This document shows, piece by piece, positions 41,038-57,605 of a stretch of DNA of 64,000 nt. How positions within the stretch are numbered: the stretch's first letter is position 1; every line of letters starts with the position of its first letter. The notes beneath the pieces are model-generated. The model was not told the origin of the DNA. It made no database searches and saw only the letters and a list, made by a program, of their open reading frames with translations. Origin of the DNA: Eledone cirrhosa (taxonomy: Eukaryota); the NCBI GenBank assembly GCA_964016885.1, contig OZ024756.1, forward strand, positions 36,332,001 through 36,396,000, written 5' to 3'. The translations under genes and the position numbers were made by a program.

Positions 41038-41787
41038 ACATATATATATAAATATAAATATAAATATAAATATATATATAAATTTGTGTGTGTGTGTGTG
41101 TGAGAGTATGTGTGTGTATTTGTAAGATGAATGTATTTCGGTCCGTATGTATTAGCAGTTTCATGATGAGATCGCTCAGAGCAATTTCAAGTGGACTACA
41201 AATCATAGTGGGGGTAGGTGGGGGGTGAGTGGAGGTGAGTAGAGCAATGAGTGCAGGCCAGTGAGTGAAGGGAGGGGGTGGGGTGGTGATGGTGGTGGTG
41301 ATGGTGGTGGTGGTGGTGGTGGTGTGAGCAGTGAAAAAGGTGAAGATGAGTGAGGAAATGGTAGAGTGCTTGATGGGATGGTGGGGGTGGTGGGGTGGAG
41401 AGTGGGGAGGGAGAACGGAATGAAGAGAGAGAACATACTAGAAGAGAAAGACAACAATGAGGCAGTAGTGCTTGTAGTAGTGGTGGTGGTGGTTGTGCTT
41501 GTAGTGGTGGTGGTGCTGGTGGTGGTGGTGTTAGTGGTGGTAGTGGTGGTGGTAGTGGCGGTGGTGTGGTAGTAGTGGTTGTCGTAGTGGTGGTGGTGGT
41601 GGTGATGGTGGTTTTCGTAGTGGTGGTGGTTGTAGTGGTGGTGGAGGTAGTGATGGTGGTGGTAGTGATGGTTGTGGTGGTGGTGGTGGTGGTAGTGGTA
41701 GTGGGGGTTTTAGTACGTGAAGGGACTTAACTATATGCCGCAAAGCATGTTGTCTGAATCTCTACCGATACTACCAATCCACCACCC

Positions 41788-41823
<36 letters not shown>

Positions 41824-41825
41824 GA

Positions 41826-41860
<35 letters not shown>

Positions 41861-42997
41861 ACTCAACATTTCACTACTCAATTTATTGTTTGCACAAAAA
41901 TTCTTTGAATATTCGCACCAACATTAACACACTCGTATGTGTGTGTGTATGTATGTATGTATGTATGTATGTATGTATGTATGTATGTATGTATGTATGT
42001 ATGTATGTGTGTGTGTATGTACGTGCATATGTTTGTATGTATGTATGTATGTATGTGTGTGTGTGTATGTATGTACGTGCGTATGTATGTTTGTATGTAT
42101 GTATGTATGTATGTATGTATGTATGTATGGGTGTATGTATGTATGTATGGGTGTATGTATTTATGAAGGTATAGTCACTTTTTCTTAATTTCGAGTTTAT
42201 CTTGATCAGCCATCTTCCCGGTTCATCTTTTAAATCTTAAGAATGTTTTACAGATTTTCAAGATTCTAGATTTCGTGGCTAATGAGTTAAGAAGCTAAGT
42301 TCTTTCTCCAAGAAGGGTTTCTGATTTAGGCACCAGGCCAACAATTTTGGAGAAAAAGGGAAAGTCGATTAAATCGACGCCAGTGCATTACTGGTACTTT
42401 AATTTATCGATTCCGTAAGGATGAAAAAAAAAGCAAAGCTGACTTCGGCGGGGTTTGAACTCAGAACGCAAAGGGTCATAATTCTATGTCCCTAAATATG
42501 TGGTGGTTGTCGAAGAGGTGGTTGTAATGGTGGTGGTGGTAGTGGGAGTTTTAGTACGTGAAGGGGCGTAACCATATGCCCCAAAGCATATTTTCCGACG
42601 CTCTACCGATTCTGCCAATCCAGCGCCCTTTCTCCAAGAATGCAGCTTCAGTAATACTGTAGTTCAGTCCAGACAGGTGGGTCTATATCTTGGAACTGGA
42701 GATGTATTTTGGGTACTGCATCTTTCCTTTCTATCGTTCTTATCTCATTTACACTGAGTGGCAACTTACTTCTATATAAAAGAGCTGTTTTGGTAATCTC
42801 TGATCCCAAACAACAATATCAGGCCTGTTGTCTTTTAATTTCGTGGTGGTTCCTATTCTTAGCTTCTACCAATATTCGTCAACATATTAAATCTTGTTTG
42901 TTCTTATTTTCTCTTTCTCTTTCTCGCAGTGCATTGCAGATTGTTCTGGCTACGTCATCATGTCTCAAGATGACAGAAGAAGAAGAAGAAGAAGAAG

Positions 42998-43028
<31 letters not shown>

Positions 43029-43762
43029 GTACAGACATATAGCTAGACAAACAGACAGATAGATAGATAAATCGAGAGACAGATAGAGATTGATAGAAAT
43101 CTTTCTTTATTTGCCACAGGGGCGTACAAAAATGGGACATTACAAGACATAAAATCTTTAATAATGATAAATAGAGATTGATAGATACATAGATAGATAG
43201 ATAGATAAACAGATAGATAGATAGAGAGATAGATAGATAGAGAGAGAGATAGGGAGATAGAGAGATAGATAGATAGATATGTTTCTTTATTTGCAGACAG
43301 ACAGACGGAGAGACAGACAGATAGACAAGAAGAAAATATCAGAAGAAGAGAAGAAAACAGAAGAATATAGAAGAAAGAAGGTAGAAGAAGAAGAAGAAAA
43401 AATCAGAAGAAAGAGGACAAGAAAAATGAGAGACGGGCGAGAAAGAAGTCAGAAGAAGATAGAAGAAAGAAAACGAAGAATAAAAGACAAGAAAGAAGAA
43501 AAAAAGGGACAACAAAAACAACGAAAACAATAAAAATAAAAGATAAAAATGCTGTCAAAAACCTTTAAATAAAACACACTTCATCATAATTCATTTTTTC
43601 TCTCATCATCTCGTCTGTCTCATTCGTTTGTTCTTGTGTGTGTCATATTTGCTGCGGACCTGAAATCGTTCAAAATGTCGAGACCCCAGGCAGAAAAAAA
43701 TTATGTTTTATAATTGTTTCCATTTGATCTCTATACACAACCCCCGACTTTTACTCATTTAT

Positions 43763-43838
<76 letters not shown>

Positions 43839-43918
43839 CACCCTTTTTAACAAATACAATTATTATTAGTTTCTCTACAGTCATACATCCATTCCCCACT
43901 TTCTCACTCAATTATGAT

Positions 43919-44027
<109 letters not shown>

Positions 44028-44101
44028 CATCTATATATATGTATATATGTATATGTATATATGTATAAGTATATATGTATATATATATGTGTATATATAT
44101 G

Positions 44102-44216
<115 letters not shown>

Positions 44217-44290
44217 GCATGCATAGACGCAAAGATGCATACACAAATACGTTCATACTTACCTACCTACTAACCTACCTACATAATACC

Positions 44291-44384
<94 letters not shown>

Positions 44385-44497
44385 CTTTCACCTATTCAAT
44401 TATAGTCTCTATACACATCCGACTTTCACTCATTTATGATTTTCCCGTGCATACACCCGTTTTCATTCATTCAGTTATACCCCCTCCCCCTCTCTCT

Positions 44498-44551
<54 letters not shown>

Positions 44552-44628
44552 CCCGTTCACCTTTCACTCAATTATATATACATGAGTAACTAGGTGGGTT
44601 GTTAAATCATGTTTATTTCTTGGGTAGT

Positions 44629-44693
<65 letters not shown>

Positions 44694-44713
44694 TACATGT
44701 ATATATATATAGA

Positions 44714-44766
<53 letters not shown>

Positions 44767-44810
44767 AGGTTTAATTACGTCTTTGAAGCTTTATGATATA
44801 TTAAATATGA

Positions 44811-44844
<34 letters not shown>

Positions 44845-44858
44845 ACACATATATGTGG

Positions 44859-44899
<41 letters not shown>

Positions 44900-45101
44900 T
44901 ATGTGTCTATGTGTGTCTATGTGTATGTGAGTGCATGTAAGTATGTGTTTATGTATTGTATGTAATCATGTCTTAATCTAAAATGTTAAACGTTAGCATA
45001 AAGCTTTTTCAAAATTGACCTAAATTGGATAATTTAATTGGATAATTATATTATATTCTGTTTTGGTTTAATATATAAATATATATACACTATTAGTGTG
45101 T

Positions 45102-45137
<36 letters not shown>

Positions 45138-45171
45138 ATATGTATATGTGTATATATATATGTATATATTC

Positions 45172-45279
<108 letters not shown>

Positions 45280-46019
45280 GTGTGAATTTCTTTATCCTTC
45301 ATCTTGTATTTATTATATTTAATGTTTTACCAATAATATTTTTTACTGTTTTATTTGTTTTTGTTGTTCTTGATTTTGTTGTTGTTGTTGTTTAGGCCCG
45401 GGTAGAACTGACATTGTCTCTCATATATCAATTGTATTGTTTCTACACTATTGTTGTTGTTGTTGTTGTTGTTGTGTGTCTCTGTTGACCAAATATGGTA
45501 CCTGTAGTTCTTCTAAATGTTTGTACACCATTTCTATTGCTGTCTCTCTCTATTGACCAAATATGGTGTCTGTAGCTGTTCTCTTGAGGTTTGTTGTGGA
45601 ATGGTGAGACCCCAGACAGAGCTGACATTGTCCATGATATATCAAGTGTATTCTTTCTACACTATTGTAGCTGTTGTTGTTGTTGTTTTTGTATCTTTTT
45701 GTTGACCTAGCAACATTGCAGATTGTTCTGGTTACGACATCATGTCTCAAGACGACAGAAGAAGAAGATAACAGAAGAAGAAGAAGAAGACAAGAAATAT
45801 CAGAAGAGAAGAAGAAGAGAGAAAAAGAAGGAAGAAGATAGAAGAAAGAAGACGAAGAATCTAAATATGTTTGTACACCATTGTTGCTGTTGTATCTTTG
45901 TTGACCAAACATAGTTATTCTAAATATGTTTGTACACAACCATTGCTCTTCTACAGGTACCACGTTTGTCGACCAAACGTGGTACCTGTAGTTGCTCTTA
46001 GTATATTTGTGCGTGGTAA

Positions 46020-46215
46020 ATATTGGATTGGCGGTATCGGTAGAGTGTCAGACACCATGCTTTACAGCATAGAGTTACGTCCCTTTACGGTCTGAGTTCA
46101 AATCCCGCCGAGATTAACTTTGCCTTTCATCCTTACGGGGGGTCGAGAAAATAAAGTACCAGTTATGCACTGGGATAATTGCTGGCCTTGAGCCAAAAAG
46201 TAGAAACAATTATTA
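46020..46215 (+). mobile_element. tRNA-derived SINE
   Basis: Full-length copy of the dominant family. Confidence 0.8.
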
Positions 46216-46597
46216 TTATTCGTACTTTTGGTATCCAACCTCCTCCTCCTCCTCCTCCTCCTCCTCCTCCTTAATACCACCACCACCACCAGTATCATCA
46301 TCATCATCATCATGACAGCAAAGACGACGACAATGACGACGACAACGACGACGAAGACAACGATTATCCCCCAGACCCCCCAACCCCACGGCCACAACGA
46401 TGACTACAACCCCATCCCCACACCACCACCACCACCACCACCACTACTTACTCCACTACGCCTGTAAACCAACCTTGTTCATGTATTATGTGCGCCATTT
46501 TGTCGAACAATCGTGTTTGGCAGCAACTTCCTTCCTCACTACACATGACTCGAATTAACAATCATTGTTACACTTAACTAACCATTATTTCCCCTGC

Positions 46598-46677
<80 letters not shown>

Positions 46678-47213
46678 CACACACATACACATGTGCACCA
46701 TACGTATATATTCATATCTATTTATCTATCTATCTAACTCTCTACCCCCTATATATATATAGATAGATAGATATATTTCTTTATTAGCCACAGGGGCACA
46801 AAAGAAGGGGACAAGTACAAAGGAGATACATCTATGTATATATGTTTGTGGTTACAAATATATATTTATGTATATATATATATATATATATATACACCTT
46901 CAGCTCTTGCGTAGCTCTTCCCAAATGACGTCATTGCTGTCCTTGTTTCTTCTTCTTCTTCTTCTTCTTCTTCTTCTTCTTCTTCTTCTTCTTCTTCTTC
47001 TTCTTCTTCTTCTTCTTCTTCTTCTTCTTCTTCCCGCCATTCCGTTATTCGGTCATTCACTTAACATCAATTCTACACACTGAGCTTTAACTTTCGCCTC
47101 TTTTAGTTTATTAGTGTTTCACTTCATTATCCTCGCATATGCACACATACACACACACATATATATCTATATGCATATATGCAGGTATACATATATATAT
47201 ATACATACAAGCA

Positions 47214-47255
<42 letters not shown>

Positions 47256-48934
47256 ATATCTGTTTACACATACTCTTTCAGTTTTGGTTTTCATTTATTT
47301 TGTAGATTAAATTAATAACGCATTCTCACCAACCGGTTGCCTACAGCGAAGAAGTAATGTAATAGTTAACAGAAGTGTTGTTAACTAAACAGAAGGAACA
47401 GAGTTAATATATTAAGTCGACCCTAGTATATAACTGGCACCTTAATATTTCTAAAAGTCTGTCTTAAGCCATTTAAGGCTCCTTAGGTCGCTGCTTATCC
47501 CAGTTTCATGACGGGAAGTGACTGAGAGTACAAGACTCACTCTTGGACAGGACGTCAGTCCACCGCAAGCTTAAACCCCCACCTATTGCTGGTGAAATCT
47601 GGTGAAGAAATGGCTTCAAATCTGGTGTGACGGCAGTCAAGCCAACATATGGTTAGATTAACCGTGGGAGATAAACCACTAACTTTATTGACATACTTCA
47701 AAGACACACCAACACACCAGCCTGAAGATTGTATCAGAAATATAAACAGTGATGGCAGATGAAGACATCTGGAATGAATTTATCCTCCCAGTTCGATCAG
47801 AAGATCAGCTGAGATGAGCCATGATTTATAGTTACGGTAGAAAACAATGCATCTCCTAACCAGACAAAGAAAGAATGGGAGCCGTCAAATGGACTGTACC
47901 AGTGATTCAAAGGTCCAGCTTTGTCATATACTGTGTCACACTGAATCTCCCTGAGAATTACGTTATGGGGAAACGTGTATTTGAATACTGAGACACCAAC
48001 ACTATAATGCAAGACGGTAACTAATGTATGTATAATTCAAAGAGCCAGTCTTGACATTGAATGTGTCACACAGAATCTGCTTTAAAATTCTGTTAAGATT
48101 AAATATATCTGTAGAATACGGAATACTCAGCCACTTACATATTAATTTCACTAACAGGCTGTTTCGCTGATAGAAAAAAAACCCCCTAAAAAAACTGGAA
48201 CACTCATCATCGAAACTGACGATGATCCATTCCATTCTCTTCCAGTTGGGAGGTAATTACAACACTTCTTGCTTTCAAACGTGAGTTTTCTTTAGTGTGA
48301 CGTGTCTTTGTTCTTTGTTCCCTCAGTATATTTATTATTTTAAGGGCTTCTCCCTATATTAAGGGCTCTTACATCTGTTTAATGTTTTCTTATGGTTTTC
48401 TTTCTTTGTTGGTGTTTTTCAATTGTTCAGTCCATCATTTCTGTTCATAATTATGCAATTTTCTTCGCGTTTTGCGAGTGTGTGTACATGTGATTCTGCG
48501 TATGTGTACGTGTGTATGTGTGTAAATGTGAGTGATTGTGCGCGTGTCTACGTGTGTGTATGCGAATGTGTGAGCATTTGTGTGCATGTATATGAGTGTG
48601 TATATGTGCCTGTGAGTGAGTGCACATATGTCTGTCTCTGTGTGTTCATTTATGTGTGTGTATGTATTTAGTTTTGGCGGGAGGGGTTTTTTTTTTTTTT
48701 TTTGGCTCCCAATTTTAATAAAGAGTCATGTTTTCTTTAAATGTGTCGGAGTGTGGTAGTGTAGGATTGTGACTGTCGGGGGAACTTCTTATGTACAATC
48801 TCCAGCTGCGTTAAAACCTTCGTTTTAATGTTGTTGATGTTGTTGTTGTCGTTGTAGAATTCCCCCCACCCTCCTCCGAAATCCAGTGACCAGTCAGACA
48901 ACTGAATCGTGCGTCATTTCTGCGCAATTTCATA

Positions 48935-49190
48935 ATCGTGTCGGATCTCCGTCGGTTCAGACGACGAGTCTTCCATTTGTTCGATCAACAGAATAGCCAG
49001 CCTGCTCGTGAAATTAATATACATACAAGTGGCTCACCATTCCACAGACACATGTGTACCCTGAAGGTAATTGTCAGGGAGATTCCGAGTGACACAGTGT
49101 GTGACAAGTTAACACCCATCTTGTATTATAGTGAAGCTGACTGAGTATTCGACAGGGACGTGCACTCGTAATATAATTCTAAATGAGATT
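48935..49190. mobile_element. Interspersed repeat (SINE-like), inverted relatives at 47900-48180
   Basis: cagcctgctcgtgaaattaat...gtggct...cagggagattc.g.gtgacacagt matches the reverse complements ctgtgtcacactgaatctccctgag and cagccacttacatattaatttcac. Confidence 0.5.
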
Positions 49191-49199
49191 CAACAGTTA

Positions 49200-49345
49200 A
49201 ACCACTTCCAATATGTATATACTCGACTGGAACTAACTATTGAAACGGCTAGAGCTTAGCCGTCGGGCTCCCGACTTTTTATAATATAACCATACTCTAC
49301 TACTCCATGTATTGAGTACTCTGGTAAGAAATGGTCTAACCAGTT
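49200..49345 (+). mobile_element. Diverged family A insert
   Basis: GAAAcggctagagcttagccgTCgggctc at 49242, followed by the actctactactccatgtattgagtactctggt tail. Confidence 0.55.
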
Positions 49346-49364
49346 TCAAACTGAATCCACCCTG

Positions 49365-49834
<470 letters not shown>

Positions 49835-49964
49835 ATATATATATACTTATATATATATATATATACACATAGGGAAAATAGGTAATTCTTTGTCTATTCT
49901 TTCCTCGCATGTGTGTGTGCATATATATATATGTATGTGTGTGTGTGCATATATATATATATGT

Positions 49965-50020
<56 letters not shown>

Positions 50021-50179
50021 TGTGTGTGTGTGTGTGTGTGTCTGTGTGTCTGTGTGTCTATATATTATGATTCCTGGATATTTGTTCACACGTTGTCTAA
50101 GTCTTCTGTTCACGGCCCCTTTAAAAATATAATAATTTATTAATTGCCACTCTTAAACAAGCAAAAGAATTAAAGAGCA

Positions 50180-50297
<118 letters not shown>

Positions 50298-50619
50298 CGG
50301 AATTTAAGTTCATATGAACATATGTTTATATGATTTAAAATATCGTATACCCTATATCATATAATATTGTTATATTCATAAGATTTAAAATATATCATGT
50401 ATCATATTTAGTATGAGATATGATATCATAATTTTGTTATAATTATATGAACAGCCGAAAACGAAAGAAATATATAAATAATATAAAATAAAATAAAGAA
50501 GAATAAAATAAAATAAATTAAAATAAATATAAAATAAAATAAAATATAATTACAGCTAAGGCTAATAGTTGAGACAAAATAATATTTCATATTTTGCAAT
50601 AAAAAGCTCATATTTCTGT

Positions 50620-50880
50620 TGAATATCATGAGCTCTGTCGGCGGTATAGCTGTAATACCAACATGGCGGGATAAATATTGTCGGAATGGCTATTACGCCG
50701 CCATATTGCGACTTAATGTTTTCTCCATTCTGTCCGCTGGGACTACGAGGCGGCTTGCATTTGGGGGTCTACACACCAGAGAGCGTTCTCTCAAACTGCC
50801 CCGGGCTCGTGTCATTGGGGGTAGTAATGATGGACGAATGAGTATTCTTTCTCAGAAAGTTTGTTGTATCACTAAATCCC
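50620..50880. promoter_or_regulatory. Candidate promoter (CpG-rich unique island)
   Basis: YY1-type motifs in both orientations (AACATGGCGG near 50660, CGCCGCCATATTG near 50695) and a GGGACTAC motif near 50738, in non-repetitive DNA. Confidence 0.4.
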
Positions 50881-52046
50881 ACTGATTTTATTTAAAACTT
50901 TACAAGTTATAAATTATAAATCTAATTTGACATCCTAGTGGTCCCTTCTGTCATATATAAAGTATTATATGTGTAGAGTGAAGTAAGATGTTGTTGTGTA
51001 TTGTGAGTCTTTCTGTGGTAAACCGACCGGTATATAATCCACGTTCACCACACTTGCTTACTAAAGTGCCCTGAAAACTTAATATAAAATTATGCTGGAA
51101 GATAATAATTTAAATATAGACGATTTAAAATGGGTGGTTATATTTAATAGAACCAGAGCCGGTTTTGACCATGTTGTTATCAAAAGGGTTAATGAAGAAT
51201 GAAGAATTTTGAAAGAGTTAGTGAAATTATTAATTCTTTCATTACTAAGATATTAACTTAACATATGGTTCTTATATAAAATTATGTTGGAAGATTTTTA
51301 TTTAAATAGGTACGTTTTACATTTAGAATAAGTGGTTTTCTTTCTTAGAAGCAGAGCTTAATTTTAAATGAGTTGGCACAAAAAGGGTCAACCCGATTAA
51401 TTGGTAAAACCGAAGATTTCGTGCCTTATCACTAAGCATTGTTCCACGGAGGAAATTTCTCCCATGTTTGATGTTATGTAGAACATAAACAGTAGTAAAT
51501 TAAGGGCAGGTATCCGGTTATGTAAGTTAACTTTACAATTGAAATGTCTGCAATATTCGCTATGTCTAAACATTGGTAATCAGAATTCTATTTGGCATCA
51601 GCATTCCTGAACTATATTAGTTAAACCTAACATGACAAAAGATGTTTTTATGACGTCTCTATGAAGTATTCTTATTGCGTATAATGGATTCTTACATAAT
51701 GTTTCTTTATTTTCTGTAACATAAAACGAGATGAGGTTTTTCATTTGGATGAAGGGGGAATGGGTGAGATCTGTGTTGTCATACAGAATTATTGTTTAGT
51801 TGGGAAGAACTTAATTTCGAAATACATTTAATGTAGTAGCTTAAGTGGGTTGTCTCGACTTCGTTGTTGGTTAGTGCGGTTTCCTATTTTTGTTAATAAA
51901 ACTTGCTAATTGAAACACCCTCAACGTTTGTTGCTTTCTAACAGGTTATACGCTGTCATGATTATATTCGTTACAAAATCCACAGAAAATCACTCGGTTA
52001 CACATGATTCTCGTTACCATAGCCGTTCGTTACGAAAGGGTTCACT

Positions 52047-52236
<190 letters not shown>

Positions 52237-52448
52237 CCCCCACACACACTCTCACAGACAGACACATACACACACGCATGTATATATATATATATATGTT
52301 CGCTTTTCCCTGCTTGTGTATATATATATATATATATATGTGTGTATGTATATGTAATCAGTTAAACAATCAGTAATTGATTGCAAAATAATGGAATTCT
52401 TTAGGATTTCTTCTTCTCTAAAATTATATGTATATGCATTTATGTATC

Positions 52449-52529
<81 letters not shown>

Positions 52530-52739
52530 GTATATATATAAGCGTGTATCAGCCGATGTACGTGTGCATCTATACAGACGATAGTTCTATTATCTCTATA
52601 GAAGATATTTCAGCTTCGTCGGATCAAGTGTTGTTGTCTTTCGTGGGTCAGAGGTGACATCTGCTGTTATCTAGAAACTACCGGCACTTTCAAAATTATG
52701 GTGCCATCTTTCTTTTATAGCCCAATATCTCACTCACCC

Positions 52740-52787
<48 letters not shown>

Positions 52788-52847
52788 CATCTCACTCCAT
52801 CTCTCCCCATCTCTCTCCATCTTTCTCTAGCTCTCCCTCTCTCAATT

Positions 52848-52999
<152 letters not shown>

Positions 53000-53003
53000 C
53001 ATA

Positions 53004-53084
53004 TTGGGTCGTCAAGTATTAAATTTGTAGTGAGGCATACGGTCATATGTTTTTTTTCTACAAATTTCATTCTTGACGACCCAG
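53004..53084. mobile_element. Mariner-type MITE
   Basis: TIRs tgggtcgtcaag.at.aaatttgtag / ctacaaattt.at.cttgacgaccca with TA flanks. Confidence 0.65.
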
Positions 53085-53161
53085 TATATATATACACATA
53101 TATATGTACATATATATATATATGTGTGTATTCAGATTCAGACAGACTCGTACACACCTAT

Positions 53162-53297
<136 letters not shown>

Positions 53298-53609
53298 TAC
53301 ATCTGTGAGTGAATGTGTATATGTAGCAGCGTGTGTGTATATGTGTATATATGTGTATACATATATGTTTATATAAACGTGCTGCCGTTGGAGGGAGTTT
53401 AGTGAGTACGTACGTGAGATCCTGTCCATGGCCTGCACCAGCTACCATTTACCATTCTTCATTCACCAATTCTAACCATTCTAACCAACCATTCAATATC
53501 TCGGGGTGACCAAAGTTTATCAAACTATATCAGTTGGTTGGAAGTATTTTTACATTATCTGATGTCGAAGTATTGTATTATTACTAATGTGTTTCACTGT
53601 GTGTGTGTG

Positions 53610-53666
<57 letters not shown>

Positions 53667-53765
53667 ATATATAAACTTACATACACACACACACATGTAT
53701 ATATATATATATATATATATTCATATATACTTATGCATACATACAAATATCTATATATGTATGTG

Positions 53766-53803
<38 letters not shown>

Positions 53804-53872
53804 GTAAGTATGCATGTATGCATATGTTTCATTCTATTCCATTTATATATATATATATATATATATGTGTGT

Positions 53873-53921
<49 letters not shown>

Positions 53922-54084
53922 TATTTAGAAACACACAGATACATGCGGACGCACACATATATACATGAATGCATCCGCACCCAACTGTGAGTTAAGGGTG
54001 CCAACTTCACCGATGTTGCTCAATGAATGACTGGGACAGACCAATTCAGTTTGAACTAGACTGAACCAGTATCAGAGTTAAAAA

Positions 54085-54517
54085 TACATTATGAAGAGAG
54101 AAGAAACATTTAGATATAATTAGTAATAAAATGAATCATACCTAAACTGTTCCTAAATTCCTCGACTACGTAGTTTCGTGGCATAAACAAAAACAATATA
54201 TCAAAGATATAGAGTCCTTGCGAGGTCTGCCGACTTATCAAGAGGATACCTCATTTTACTAGTCTCAAGAACGCGTCTACACGACGTGAGAAAGAATCCC
54301 AAAAGGCGGAGGGGGAGATAGTCACGCGATATAACGGTCGAGAAACAGAGCTAAGCCTCTTATAACCACGAAGAAAATACCACGGAGGACTCTATATCTT
54401 TGATATATTGTTTTTGTTTATGCCACGAAACTACGTAGTCGAGGAATTTAGGAACAGTTTAGGTATGATACATTTTATTACTAATTATATCTAAATGTTT
54501 CTTCTCTCTTCATAATG

Positions 54518-54519
<2 letters not shown>
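54085..54519. repeat. 134-bp inverted repeat with a 167-bp spacer, containing an HHR-like 3' half
   Basis: Arms 54085-54218 and 54386-54519 are nearly identical and contain GAAA CTACGTAG TC. Confidence 0.8.
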
Positions 54520-54548
<29 letters not shown>

Positions 54549-54573
54549 ACATACACACATACATATATATATG

Positions 54574-54643
<70 letters not shown>

Positions 54644-54694
54644 TAGAGAGAGAGAGAGAGGAGAGAGAGTGCGACATACACAAACATAGTTATA

Positions 54695-54800
<106 letters not shown>

Positions 54801-54939
54801 CAGTCAATCGACTTTCGGCAAATCGGACCGAGGAAACAATGTTTCCGTTGGTCTTTCTAGTTGCTAATACTATCTATCGGTCGTAACTCCAGGTAGAAGG
54901 AACAACTGTGAAACAAGTAAAAGAATTAAAGAGTATTGT

Positions 54940-55019
<80 letters not shown>

Positions 55020-55756
55020 ATATATATAAATATATGACACTCAGACATATATATGTGTGTATATGTATTAGTGTACCTGTGTTAGGGTTTTGGGGTAGCA
55101 ACGTGAGGCGGCGATGTGCTGGAGGGAGTAGAGAAACCCTGTGAAGGTGTCGTTGTAGACATATGCGGCAGTGGCGGTGCCGCCGTTTACAAGTATCAGG
55201 ATGTTGAGGTGGCCTTGTGACGGTGTCGACGTATCAGTGTACCCGTGTCAGTGTTTTCCGGTGTCCTTGTGAGGCGTCGATGTGTTGGAGGGAGTAGACA
55301 GTCTTGTGAAGGTGTCGGGTGTAGTTTTGTGCAAGAGTAGAGGTGTCAATGTACGCGTATTAGGGTCCTGGGGTGACGAGGTGTCGAGATAGACAAGGGA
55401 GGGGTTTCAGGAGGGGAAGAGGGTAATATTTATCGGAATAGCCCTGTGAAGATGTAGTCACACGGTGGACGGGTGGGTATAGGGGTATCATTGTACCCGT
55501 GTGAGAAGGTAGGGGGATAGTCATTAGTCACTATAAAGGTGTGTACAGGTAGAGGGTAGATGATAGAAGACAGATAAATAACGTGACCATCTGAGATATA
55601 AATTTGTCAGGTTCTAGATTTTTCATTGTTTTCTGGCACGAATTGTTACGGTTGCTGGTCATGTTGTGTATATATTTGTGGTGTACTGAATTGTAGGGAA
55701 TATATACATTATACATAATTATATTTATGTATATTATGTATGTATATATATATATA

Positions 55757-55798
<42 letters not shown>

Positions 55799-55800
<2 letters not shown>

Positions 55801-55990
55801 AAAAAGTATGACCCCGACGGCAGAGCTCAAGCGGTTTCGACGGCTATTTCTAGTCCAGAAATAGCCGTCGAAACGGCTTGAGCTCTGACGTCGGGGTCAT
55901 ACTTTTTCCTATTTCCCACTCTACTACCCTATGTATTGAGTACTTTGGTGCGTTATGGTCCATCTGGTTCCTTACCACAATTCCTTTGGT
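55799..55990 (+). mobile_element. Family A fold-back insert
   Basis: Inverted arms of about 50 bp around ctagtccag, GAAAcggc...TCggggtc at 55870, family tail, (TA)n flanks. Confidence 0.8.
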
Positions 55991-56101
<111 letters not shown>

Positions 56102-56153
56102 CATACACATGCATGTGGTAGTGTGATTTCATAAAATATATTGGTATTGGTGG

Positions 56154-56189
<36 letters not shown>

Positions 56190-56214
56190 CATGTATATAT
56201 ATATAATATATATA

Positions 56215-56258
<44 letters not shown>

Positions 56259-56262
<4 letters not shown>

Positions 56263-56438
56263 AAGGAAGTGTGGTAAGGAACCAGGTGGACCATAACGCA
56301 CCAGAGTACTCGATACTTAGGGTAGTAGAGTGGGTAATAGGAAAAGAGTCAGGACCCCGACGGCTGAGTTCCGGCCATTTCCGGATCTAGCTGTCGAAAA
56401 TACCGGAGCCCAGCCGTAGGGGTCCTGACTCTTTTCCT
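56259..56438 (-). mobile_element. Family A fold-back insert, opposite orientation
   Basis: Reverse-complement tail (gtgtggtaaggaaccaggtggaccataacgcacc...) followed by the hairpin ggaaaagagtcaggacccc...ggggtcctgactcttttcc. Confidence 0.75.
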
Positions 56439-56457
56439 ATATATGTACACCCCCCCC

Positions 56458-56515
<58 letters not shown>

Positions 56516-56661
56516 GAGAGAGAGAGAGAGCGAGACGTACATTCGTGCCAATATATATTTGTGTTTGTATGTGTGTATGTATATTTTTTCCTCCGTATAC
56601 ATATATATGTGAACGGGTAATTAAGTCAGTGCGTATATACATATATATACATATATATATG

Positions 56662-56825
<164 letters not shown>

Positions 56826-56927
56826 GTATATTTACATATATACATGTATTTATATATATATATATATGTATTTATATATATATATATATTTATGGATATG
56901 TATTTATATATATATATGTATTTATAA

Positions 56928-57034
<107 letters not shown>

Positions 57035-57066
57035 TATATATATATATTTTTAAATATATATATTTT

Positions 57067-57119
<53 letters not shown>

Positions 57120-57364
57120 GCTCCTATGTATGTATGTAAATTCCTGATATTTATCTAATTTCTATTAGAAAATGGCGCCGTTATTTCGTTAATCAATCAA
57201 TTCATTCTTTAACAGAAAACGCCATTAATTAAACAGCACAAACAAAAAAAACACACACACATACTCAGACACACAGATTCATAGACTCATATACATTCAC
57301 AGACGCACACAAACATACTCCCTACACACATACATATATGTACAATGCTTTCTTTCTCTACTAA

Positions 57365-57454
<90 letters not shown>

Positions 57455-57482
57455 ATATATATATACAATATATATATATATA

Positions 57483-57605
57483 TATACACATGTATGACCC
57501 CAACGGCAGAGCTCAAGCCGTTTCGACGGCTATTTCTGGACGTCTAGTCCAGAAATAGCCCTCGAAACGGCTTGAGCTCTGCCGTTGGGGTCATACATGT
57601 GTATA
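57483..57605. mobile_element. Family A pure hairpin (tail absent)
   Basis: Near-perfect inverted repeat catgtatgaccccaacggcagagctcaagccgtttcga.ggctatttctggac / reverse complement with a short loop. Confidence 0.75.

Noticed and set aside
52600-52655. Possible small exon (tatAG|aagat...cagag|GTGACA)
   Set aside because: Weak donor, no recognisable protein motif and no partner exons identified.
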